Source: Anaeramoeba ignava BMAN | Taxonomy: Eukaryota > Protista > Anaeramoebae | NCBI GenBank assembly: GCA_028826165.1 | Contig: JAPDFW010000033.1 | Coordinates: 310,001 to 374,000, forward strand | Length of the DNA: 64,000 bases | Direction of reading: 5' to 3' | Shown: positions 13,213 through 24,354 of the stretch, piece by piece | Numbering within the stretch: position 1 is the first letter of the stretch | Layout: each line of letters begins with the position of its first letter | Notes under the pieces: model-generated | Told to the model about the DNA's origin: nothing | Database searches by the model: none | What the model saw: the letters and a program-made list of their open reading frames with translations, nothing else | Program-made: the position numbers and the translations under genes

Positions 13213-16200
13213 ATGGGTAAATTTTTATTATTTAATAATTTTATAATTAAAAATTAAAATTTAAATTTAATAATAAATAGATATTGAAAGTGAAAAAAAA
13301 TGGATTGAAATTAAACATGAAAACGCACCACCAAAAAGATCAAGACACACTTCTGTTTTATATAATAATAAATTATGGATTTTTGGTGGATATACAGTTG
13401 AAGGTCATGTTTTTAATGATTTATTTACTTTTGATTTAGGTTTATTTTATTTTAAATAAAAAATTTGATTCATTTTATTAATAATAATAACTATAATAAT
13501 AATATAGAATCACATCAATGGACAGAAATTAAAACTCAAAACCCACCAAACCCATTAAAAGGTATCATTCAATTTTAAAATCTAAATTAAAATCAAAATC
13601 AAAATCAAATTTGAAATCAAAATCAAAATTAAAATCAAAATCAAAATCAAAATTAAAATTTGAAATCAAAATCAAATTCAAAATCAAAATCAAAATTAAA
13701 ATTAAAATTAAAATTAAAATTAAAATTAAAATTAAAATCAAAATCAAAATCAAAATCAAAATCAAAATTAAAATTAAAATTAAAATTAAAATTAAAATTA
13801 AAAATCAAAATCAAAATTAAAATCAAAATCAAAATTAAAATCAAAATCAAAATCAAAATCAAAATTTTTAAAAATTTAAAATTAAATTTAAAAATCAAAT
13901 TTCAAAATAAAAATCAAATTCAAAATCAAAAATCAAAATCAAAATCAAAATCAAAATCAAAATTAAAAATCAAAATTAAAATTAAAAATCAAAATCAAAA
14001 TCAAAATCAAAATCAAAATCAAAATCAAAATCAAAATCAAAATAATCAAAATCAAAATCAAAATCAAAATCAAAATCAAAATCAAAATCAAAATCAAAAT
14101 CAAAATCAAAATCAAAATCAAAATTAAAATTAAAATCAAAATCAAAATCTAAAATCAAAATCAAAATCAAAATTAAAATTAAATTCAAATTCAAAATTAA
14201 AATTAAAACCTAAAATCAAAATCAAAATCAAAATCAAAATCAAAATCAAAATCAAAATCAAAATCAAAATCAAAATTAAAATCAAAATCAAAATCAAAAT
14301 CAAAATCAAAATCAAAATCAAAATCAAAATTAAAATTAAAATTAAAATCAAAATCAAAAATTAAAATTAAAATCAAAATCAAAATCAAAATCAAAATTAA
14401 AATCAAAATCAAAATCAAAATCAAAATTCAAAATCAAAATCAAAATCAAAATTAAAATTAAAATTAAAATAAAAATCAAAATCAAAATCAAAATCAAAAT
14501 CAAAATTTAAATCAAAATCAAAATTAAAATTAAAATCAGGACATACAGCAGTTGTTTATAATGATCAAATGTATATTTTTGGAGGAAGTGGACAATCATA
14601 TCAAGAAGAAAATGTGATGAATGTATTTGATTTCAAAAGTCATACATGGAATAAAATCGAAACACAAGGACAAGAAGTGCCACCTACTAGACATTATCAT
14701 ACAGCAGTTGTATGGAATGATAGAATGTGGATTTATGGTGGTTCTCGTTGGATGTCTTATAGTTCTGATATGTGGACATTTAATTTTACAGAAAACAAAT
14801 GGAATAAAATTGATCAAAAAGGTGATATTCCTCCTGGAAGAGGTTCACATATTGCAACTGTTTATTATAACAATATGTATATGCATGGTGGTCTTGACAG
14901 TGGAAGTCAAACTATTGGTGATTTTTACAGATTTGATTTCTGTAATTTATTTAAAATAATACAAATATTTTTAAATCCACTTTTGATCCACTTTTAATAT
15001 TTACATATTTATATTTATAATTATATTTATATTTTATATTTATATTTATATTTATACTTATATTTATACTTATATTTATATTTATATTTATATTTATAAA
15101 TTTAATAAATTAGTAACTGAAACTTGGTTCAAAATAGAACCAAAAGGAACTATTCCACTTCCTAGAGAAAGTCATGCATGTGTTATTTATAATAACAAAT
15201 TAATCACTTTTGCTGGTATTTATTTATTAATTTATTTATTTATTTATTAATTTATTTATTAATTTATTTATTAATTTATTGATTTATTAATTTATTAATA
15301 ATTTATTAATTTATTTGATTTATTGATTTATTAATTTATTAATTTATTAATTTATTTGATTTATTTATAAAAATTAAAAGGATTTCATCGAAAAACTGGA
15401 AATTATGATGATATGTTTCAATATGACTTTATTGAAAACAAATGGGAACAAATCAAAACAAGATCACAAAATCCACAAAAAAGAGATGATTTTTCAATGG
15501 ATTTAAAAGATAATATTATTTATATTTTTGGTGGAGTAACAGGTTATTCAGATGATTTTTCTCAAAGAGATGATTATGGAGATTTTTCTGATATTTTTCA
15601 ATTTCATATTGAAAAGGATTTATATTCAGATTTAAGAATATTTTTAGAAAGAGGAGAATTATCAGATATTAATTTTGAAACACAAGATGGAATTGAATTT
15701 CATGCACATTCAACAATTCTTCAATCACGTTTAAAAAATTGGAAATTTAATTCACAAACATTTTCCAAAATTTGTTCAAATTATTCATCAAAAACTATTG
15801 AACAATTATTAAAATATTTATATTATGAAAAATTTGAGTTACATTTATCACCAAAAGAACTTGAATTAAGAAAAGAATTAATTGATATATCTAAATTACT
15901 TGAATTAAAAGAATTAGAAACACTTTGTGAAGGAAAATATCTTCAATTAACGAAAGAAAATACAATTTTAAAAGATTTATATAATTTATATTTAAATGAA
16001 GAAACCAAAAATTTTTCAATTATATCAAATCAACAAAAAATTAAAGTTCATCGAGATATTCTTATAATGCGTTCAGAACTTTTCAGAGGTTTTAATTTTA
16101 ATTTTAAATTTAAATTTAAATTTAATTTAATTTTAAATTTAATTTTAATTTTAAATTCAATTTTAATTTTAATTTTAATTTTAAATTTAAATTTAATTTT

Positions 16201-16751
16201 AATTTTAATTTTAATTTTAATTAAAAGGATTATTTATGAGTGTTCAAGAAGATTCAAATGAAGTAGAAGATTTATCAGGATTAACAACAAATGGATTAAA
16301 AGGATTTTTATATTTTTTATATAATGATGAAATTGGACCAGATATTAATATTAATACTATTTGTGAACTTTTTGGAATATCAGATTATTTTGGAATGAGT
16401 AATAACAAATTAGATGAAATTTGTGAAGAATTTTTAAAAAAACAAAATATACCAATTAATAAATTACTTGAATTATTGGAAAAATCAGTTCAATTTGAAA
16501 GACATGATTTTATTGATTATATTTCAGAATTATGTTATGAAAATTTAAAAGAAATTAAAGAACTTCCAGAATTTGAAGAATTCAAAATTAATAATGAAGA
16601 TTTAGTTAAATTAATTTCTCAAAAACCTGAAAAGAGAGAAAAACAAAAAGAAAAACAAAAAGAACAACAAAAAGAACAACAAAAAGAACAAGATAAAAAA
16701 GATAAAAAGAAAAAGATAAAAAAGATAAAAAAGATAAAAATTGCCGAATGA
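13213..16751 (+). CDS. Kelch-repeat + tandem BTB protein, copy 2
   Basis: Same 7-exon structure and near-identical sequence to copy 1 (intron 3 13562-14539, intron 4 14942-15113, intron 5 15216-15380). Confidence 0.9.
13570..14537. repeat. Intronic (AAAATC)n array; shorter equivalent at about 9845-10315 in copy 1
   Basis: Visible hexamer array. Confidence 0.9.
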
Positions 16752-16769
16752 TGTGAATCAATCAATTCA

Positions 16770-17840
16770 AAAATTATTTCAAAAATTAAATCAAAAATTA
16801 ATTCAAAAATTAATCCAAAAATTAATCCAAAAATCAATTTAAAAATTAATTTAAAAATTAATTCAAAAATTATTTCAAAAATTAATTCAAAAATTAATTC
16901 AAAAATTAATTAAGAAATCAATTCAAAAATTATTTCAAAAATTAATTCAAAAATCAATTCAAAAATCAATCCAAAAATTAATCCAAAAATTAATTCAAAA
17001 ATTAATTAAGAAATCAATTCAAAAATCAATTCAAAAATTAATTAAGAAATTAATTCAAAAATTAATCCAAAAATTATTCCAAAAATTAATTAAGAAATCA
17101 ATTCAAAAATTATTTCAAAAATTAATCCAAAAATTAATCCAAAAATTAATCCAAAAATTAATTAAGAAATCAATTCAAAAATTAATCCAAAAATTAATCC
17201 AAAAATTAATTTAAAAATTAATTTAAAAATCAATTCAAAAATCAATTCAAAAATTATTTAAAAAATCAATTCAAAAATTAATTAAGAAATCAATTCAAAA
17301 ATTAATTTTAAAAATTATTTAAAAAATTAATTCAAAAATCATTTCAAAAATTAATTAAGAAATCAATTTTAAAAATTAATCCAAAAATTAATTCAAAAAT
17401 CATTTCAAAAATCAATTCAAAAATCAATTTAAAAATTAATTCAAAAATTAATTAAGAAATTAATTCAAAAATTAATTCAAAATTAATTCAAAAATTAATT
17501 CAAAAATTAATTCAAAAATTAATTAAGAAATCAATTCAAAAATTAATCCAAAAATTAATTAAGAAATCAATTAAGAAATTAATTCAAAAATTAAATCAAA
17601 AATTAATTCAAAAATTATTTAAAAAATCAATTCAAAAATTAATTCAAAAATTAATACAGAAATTAATTCAAAAATTAATTCAAAAATCAATTCAAAAATC
17701 AATTTAAAAATTAATTCAAAAATTAATTAAGAAATTAATTCAAAAATCAATTCAAAAATTATTTAAAAAATCAATTCAAAAATTATTTCAAAAATTATTC
17801 CAAAAATTAATCAAGAAATTAATTCAAAAATCAATTTAAA
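16770..17840. repeat. 3'-flanking 12-mer satellite (AAAATTAATTCA-like); shorter equivalent at about 12680-12950
   Basis: 12-nt periodicity downstream of both kelch-BTB stop codons. Confidence 0.85.
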
Positions 17841-18069
17841 AATCCAAAAATTATTTTTCTTTGCTTTTTCTTTTATTTTTTGAAAATCAAACACAAAATA
17901 ACAAAATAAATCACTTTTTAAAAAAAAATCAAAACAGTAATTTATGATTTGATTTGATTTGATTTAAAAAAAAAAAGAGAGAAGGAAAGGAAAAGAAAGG
18001 AAAAGAAAAAGGAAGAAAAAGAAGGAAAAAAAGAGAGGAAAATAAAAGAGAAAGAAATAAGGAAGGAAA

Positions 18070-21000
18070 TTATTTCAAAAAGACAACAACAACGGAAATA
18101 TTATCAGTAGATCCAGCAGAATAGGCTTCATCTCTCAATTTAGCAGCAGCTTTTTGGGGGTCAATTTCAGACATAACAATATCAACAACTTGCTGGTTAT
18201 TAAAAACGTCCCAAACACCATCACAAGCCAAAACAAGACACTCATCACTATCAGTTAATTTAATATTTGAAATAAAAGGAACAGCAGAGACAGCTTTCTT
18301 AAGGAAATCGTCACCCAAGGCTCTTGCAACACCGAGGATTCCGTTGACCCTTCCGTCCTTAACAAAACCCCCGTCACTTTGGATCCGTTTGAGTTCATCA
18401 GGATCCGTTGGCTTGTGATCATGTGAAAGCACTATCGCTTCTCCATCGCGAGATAAGATTGCTCGCGAGTCGCCAAGATTTGCTATCCATAAATTCCGAT
18501 CAAATAGTAAAGCTATAAGAACCGTTGTTCCTGAATAAACACACCATGCTGACATCTCGGATTTTACTTCAAGAAATGTTGTTTCAATTGATTCTTCAAT
18601 CGTCCGTTTTTGTTCTAGTTTTTCTAGAATTTTGCTGTGAATGTGATTCGCTGCATATTCGGCTGCTTCTCGTCCTCCATGTCCATCAAATACTGCAAAA
18701 TATGCTGCGTGTTGAAATGATACTATTTCCATATTTTCGCTTTCTTGTTTGATTAGTTGAGGTTTTAGTAGCTTGAATGATTTTGTATTTGGATTTTGGA
18801 TATTTTGATTTTGATTTTGATTTTGGATATTTTGATTTTGATTTTGATTTTGATTTTGATTTTGATTTTGATTTTGATTTTTATCATTTTCATTTTTATC
18901 ATTTTCATTTTTATCATTTTCATTTTTATCACTTTCATTTTTATTATTTTCATTTTTATCACTTTCATTTTTATCACTTTCATTTTTATCATTTTCATTT
19001 TTATCACTTTCATTTTTATCATTTTCATTTTTATCACTTTCATTTTTATCACGATTTTTATCACTTTCATTTTTATCACTTTCATTTTTATCACTTTCAT
19101 TTTTATCACTTTCATTTTTATCACTTTCATTTTTATCATTTTCATTTTTATCACTTTCATTTTTATCACTTTCATTTTTATCACGATTTTTATCACTTTC
19201 ATTTTTATCATTTTCATTTTTATCACGATTTTTATGCCTATGTTTGTGTTTATGTTTGTGTTTATGTTTATGGCGATGTTTATTTGTTTGATTTTCATTT
19301 TTTTCATTTTTTTCTTGATTTTCTTGATTTTCATTTTTTTCATTTTTTTCTTGATTTTCTTGATTTTCATTTGTTTCATCCCGAAATATTTTTGGGTTAT
19401 GATCTTTTGGAATTTCATCCTGAGGTAAAATAAGACTCTTTTGATTCAAAGTAGGATCTGAAAAATTCTGATTTCTCTTATTCTTTTTTGGTTTTTTAAT
19501 CTTTTTGTTTTTGTTTTTATTTTTATTCTTTTTCTTGCTGATTTGCAAGTCAACATTGAGAACACAAGAGCCAGTAGACCAAATTGAGTCTATATCAGTA
19601 TTAGCAAGATAATCGACGATGATCATAGTAACATCCTGCATATCTGCTCTTCTTCCCATCATTTCAGCGGTACCAACACGAAACAAATCGCATGGAAAAA
19701 TTTTCAATTTTTTCAACTTTTGGAACATCTTGTTTGGATTTTGTGATCGATTGCTGGAACACCTGATAAAGTGGTGTGCCGCGAGCCTGGTTCATCTGGT
19801 TCTTCTTTCCTTCAAGCATGGCCAAACCGCGTATACTTTTGTCAAAAACTATCATCCTTGTTTTAAATTGTCTTTGACAGGCATTGTTCAATAAACCTTC
19901 GATCACTTCATTAATAATTGCATTTCGAGTCACGATTTTAGTCACTTCTTCAACGTCTTCTGACGTGAGTTTTGGATTGCTTTCAAGGTTTAAAGACACA
20001 AGTCTTGTATTGCCTTTCAGGGCGTCTGCAATATAGCCCAAACCGCGGGACGTTATGTCATTTGCTCCAATTTCTAAAATTTCTAATTTTTGATTGTTTT
20101 CAAGAAGATAAGACACGATTATTGCTCCCTCTTCTTTAAGCTCAATGTTGTTTAAATAGAGCGCTTTTAAATTCTGTTTTTCTGATTCAATTGAGATGAT
20201 TGCATCAACTAAAAATCGTACTCCAGCTGTTCCTACTGGATTTGAAGACAGATCAATATCCGTTATTGTCTGATTTTTCTTTAAAAGTTCTGATATTATT
20301 CGTGCTCCTTGTTGGTTGATTTCGCTCTTCCGAAGTGATAGTTGAGTTACGCAATCGTCCTCGTATAATGATGTGCATAATGCTTCTAATCCTTTTATTC
20401 CTAGTCGGCTGTTGTCTAATTTTAATAAAAATTTATTTAGATCTTTTTTCTTTCTTTGACATTCTCGATAGATTATCTCAATAACTCCGTAATGTTTTTT
20501 TTTTTCCTTTTTTTTAAAAAAATTTATTTAAATAAATTTATAAATATTAAAATAAATATTAAAATAAATATTTAAATAAATATTAAAATAAATATTGAAA
20601 TAAATATTTAAATAAATATATAAATAAATATTGAAATAAATATTGAAATAAATATTGAAATAAATATTAAAATAAATATTGAAATAAATATTGAAATAAA
20701 TATTGAAATAAATATTGAAATAAATATTGAAATAAATATTGAAATAAATATTAAAATAAAATAAATATTGAAATATTGAAATAAATATTGAAATAAATAT
20801 TAAAATAAATATTTAAATAAATATTAAAATAAATATTGAAATAAATATTGAAATAAATATTGAAATAAATATTAAAAATAAATATTTAAATAAATATTGA
20901 AATAAATATTTAAAATAAATATTGAAATAAATATTAAAAATAAATATTTAAATAAATATTGAAATAAATATTTAAATAAATATTAAAAATAAATATTTAA

Positions 21001-22828
21001 ATAAATATTTAAATAAATATTAAAATAAATATTAAAATAAATATTGAAATAAATATTGAAATATTGGAATAAATTTATAAATAAATATTGAAATAAATAT
21101 TAAAATAAATATTAAAATAAATATTAAAATAAATATTAAAATAAATATTGAAATAAATATTGAAATAAATATTAAAATATTGAAATAAATATTAAAATAA
21201 ATATTAAAATAAATATTGAAATAAATATTTAAATAAATATTAAAATAAATATTGAAATAAATATTAAAATAAATATTGAAATAAATATTGAAATAAATAT
21301 TAAAATAAATATTGAAATAAATATTGAAATAAATATTGAAATAAATATTAAAAATAAATATTAAAATAAATATTGAAATAAATATTGAAATAAATATTAA
21401 AATATATATTAAAATAAATATTGAAATAAATATTTAAATAAATATTGAAATAAATATTGAAATAAATATTTAAATATATAAATAAATATTAAAATATATA
21501 AATAAATATTAAAAATAAATATTGAAATAAATTTATAAATAAATATTAAAATAAATATTGAAATAAATATTAAAAATAAATATTGAAATAAATATTAAAA
21601 ATAAATATTAAAATAAATATTAAAAATAAATATTAAAAATAAATATTGAAATAAATATTGAAATAAATATTAAAATAAATATTAAAAATATATAAATAAA
21701 TATATAAATAAATATTGAAATAAATATTAAAAATAAATATTAAAAATAAATATTAAAATAAATATTTAAATAAATATTGAAATAAATATTAAAATAAATA
21801 TTGAAATAAATTTATAAATATTAAAAATAAATATTAAAATAAATATTAAAATAAATATTAAAATAAATATTAAAATAAATATTTTAAATATTGGAATAAA
21901 TATTAAAATAAATATTAAAATAAATATTAAAATAAATATTGAAATAAATATTAAAATAAATATTAAAATAAATATTAAAATAAATATTAAAATAAATATT
22001 AAAATAAATATTAAAATAAATATTAAAATAATTTTTGAAATAAATATTAAAATAAATATTAAAAATAAATATTTAAATATTGAATAAATATTGAAATAAA
22101 TATTGAAATAAATATTGAAATAAATATTAAAATAAATATTTAAATAAATATTGAAATAAATATTGAAATAAATATTGAAATAAATATTGAAATAAATATT
22201 GAAATAAATATTAAAATAAATTTTGAAATAAATATTTAAATAAATATTTAAATAAATTTTGAAATAAATATATAAATAAATATTAAAATAAATATTTAAA
22301 TAAATATTTAAATAAATATTAAAATAAATATTGAAATAAATATTGAAATAAATATTGAAATAAATATTAAAATAAATATTAAAATAAATATATAAATAAA
22401 TATTAAAATAAATATTAAAATAAATATTAAAATAAATATTAAAATAAATATAGAAATAAATATTGAAATAAATATAGAAATAAATATAGAAATAAATATA
22501 GAAATAAATATTGAAATAAATATAGAAATAAATATATAAATAAATTTATAAATATAATGTATTTTTTTCCCTTGTTTTGTTCTTACATCTGTGCTTATAA
22601 ACTCTTCTTCTGGAAATTGTTTTCGAAATTTGATAAACAAATTTTGTGCCTCTTAAAATTGTTTTAAATAATAATAATAATAATTATAATTATAATTGTA
22701 TTTAAATTGAAATTATTTAGTTACGTTATATTTTAGTTATTTAAAATTTTTTTAAAAAAAAAGTTTTTTTTTTATTTTGATGTTTTACTTTTGTTTTTAA
22801 TTTTATTGATACTGAATTTACTTCCCAT
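18070..22828 (-). CDS. LRR (RNI/NLRC3-like repeats) + PP2C/PPM protein phosphatase; one apparent frameshift near 19700
   Basis: Start MGSKFS (22828; exon 1 donor uncertain); exon 2 22651-22587; intron 22586-20507; exon 3 LRRs (LSLRKSEI, IDLSSNPVG, LYLNNIEL, LEIGANDI, LNLESN); PP2C motifs GRRADMQD, AVFDGHGG, SGTT, ANLGDSRA, DHKP, ARALGD, LACDGVWD, TDNISV. Confidence 0.88.
20530..22550. repeat. Intronic 12-mer satellite (AAATAAATATTG/A)n
   Basis: About 2 kb of 12-nt periodic repeat inside LRR-PP2C intron 2. Confidence 0.92.
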
Positions 22829-23062
22829 TTTTGTTTGAATTTAGAAAAGAAAAGAAAAATAACCAAATTAAATTTTTAAAATAAATGTTTTTAATTTAAA
22901 ATAAATTTTTTTTTTTTAATTTGTTAAAGAAAAAGAAAAAGAAAAAAAATGAAAAAAAAAAATGAAAAAAAAAAATTTAAATTATTCAAAATTAGTAAAA
23001 ATTATTTAATTAAAAAATAAATTTTTGATTGATCAAATTAAAAGGAAAAAAAAGAATTAAAT

Positions 23063-24285
23063 TTAATTAATTTGATTTATATTTTCTTTTTCGGAATTCC
23101 TTTTTCTTTTTAAAATTTCTTTTGGATTTGCTAACATTTCAATAATTTGTTGATCTTTTGAATAATCTTTTGGAATTTTATTCTTTTTTTTTTTTTTTTA
23201 TAATTAATATAAAAAATTTAGAAATTAAATCAAAAATTTAAATATCTTTTTACTTTCTAAAATGATTATATATTTGGCAAAGTTGGTTATTATTAAATAA
23301 TTATTATTTTTACTATCTATAATCCAAATAAAATAATCAAAATAATTTCAATCCAAAAATTAGAAAAAAAAAATATTTTTTTTTACATTTGGTTCTTTAG
23401 GATCAGCTCCAAAAGAAAGTAATAATTCAACTAATTCTAATCTTTCAACAATTACAGCAAAATGTAAAGGAGTATTTCCCTAAATTATTTATTAAAAAAA
23501 AAAAGCTTTAATTTTGATCAAACAAAAAAAATAATTTATTCTACTTTCTAATAAAAAAAATAAAGGTTAATAATAAAAAAAAGGATTTGCTTTTTGTTTA
23601 CAAACTGATTATATTATGGAAATTTATTAATTATTAATTTATTCATTTTATAATTAAATTAAAAACATTTTTGGAAGATATTGATGCTCCTGAAGAAATC
23701 AATAAAGAAATTATATCTAAAGAAGCGTTATATAAGCAAGCATAATGAAGAGGAGTATTTTTCTAAACAAAATACAAAATAATTAAAATGAAAAAAATCG
23801 AAAAAAACTTATTAAAATGAATTTACAAACTTGTTTTTTTTTGATTTCAGAAAAAAATTTATCAATGATTCTCTAATTTGTTCTATGAATTTACTTTCTA
23901 ATTATAAACAAAGTGAGATTATTAAATATAATTAAGCATTAAAAGTGTCTAAATTTACATCTTTACAATTTATATTTGAACCAAATTGAATTAATTTTTG
24001 GAAAATTTCTTTTTGGGTTTTTTTTTGACTTGCATATAATAAAGGTGTTTGGTCCTAATTATATGAAGGATAAGAAATTCTATATTTTAAGATATTTTTA
24101 GTGAATATTGTAATTTATTACAAAAGGCTATAAATTAAAATTTATTAGTATTTTGTTTATTATTATATTTTTTTTTAAATGATTCGAACAAATAATTGTT
24201 CATTAAAATTAGTTCCTTTTTTATATAATTGTTCAATTAATTCTTCATTATTTGAATCAATTGCAGAAAATAAATCTTGAGACAT
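23063..24285 (-). CDS. Small ankyrin-repeat protein (about 174 aa), 12 predicted exons including 7 micro-exons
   Basis: Not in the ORF track. Exons 24285-24190 (MSQDLFSAID...GTNFNEQLF), 24127-24122 (PF), 24054-23959 (DQTPLLYA...GSNINCKD), 23897-23895 (K), 23829-23827 (F), 23762-23667 (KNTPLHYAC...GASISSKN), 23604-23602 (F), 23547-23545 (K), 23479-23387 (GNTPLHFAV...GADPKEPN), 23316-23314 (I), 23256-23254 (K), 23182-23063 (NKIPKDY...). All introns phase 0, GT-AG. Confidence 0.88.
23254..24127 (-). other. Six 3-nt micro-exons in three pairs plus one 6-nt micro-exon
   Basis: Minus-strand contexts: tag|CCTTTT|gtaat, tag|AAA|gtaaat, aag|TTT|gtaaat, cag|TTT|gtaaac, tag|AAA|gtagaa, tag|ATA|gtaaaa, tag|AAA|gtaaaa; flanking introns 54-71 nt. 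Confidence 0.8.
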
Positions 24286-24354
24286 TAAAAGAAATTTAAA
24301 TAAAAAATGAAAATTTAATTTCAAAAATAAAAATGAAATGAAAATTATTTTATT

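Larger units (their letters stand above)
9364..17981 (+). repeat. Tandem segmental duplication (about 9364-13079 and about 13110-17981)
   Basis: 5' flank (tattattttt attctcaaaaatttc), exons, intron edges and 3' flank (ttatttttctttgc...gagaga) are shared by both units. Confidence 0.9.

Noticed and set aside
9946-14424. ORFs such as ILILIL, FDFDFD, NFNF and KIKIKI (also at 669-2778 plus strand, 18765-19433, 22308, 41958, 43389-43927, 48762)
   Set aside because: They are stop-free readings of simple repeats in introns or of the antisense/alternative frames of low-complexity coding tracts.
18700-19570. Possible intein in the PP2C insertion (starts near GS-CVLN)
   Set aside because: No block B TxxH, no terminal HN-C/S/T and no endonuclease motifs; the insert is low-complexity.
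22652-22788. Hidden micro-exons in other 130-140 nt introns (LRR-PP2C intron 1, 4-TM paralog B intron 2, last importin intron)
   Set aside because: No internal AG followed closely by GT on the sense strand.
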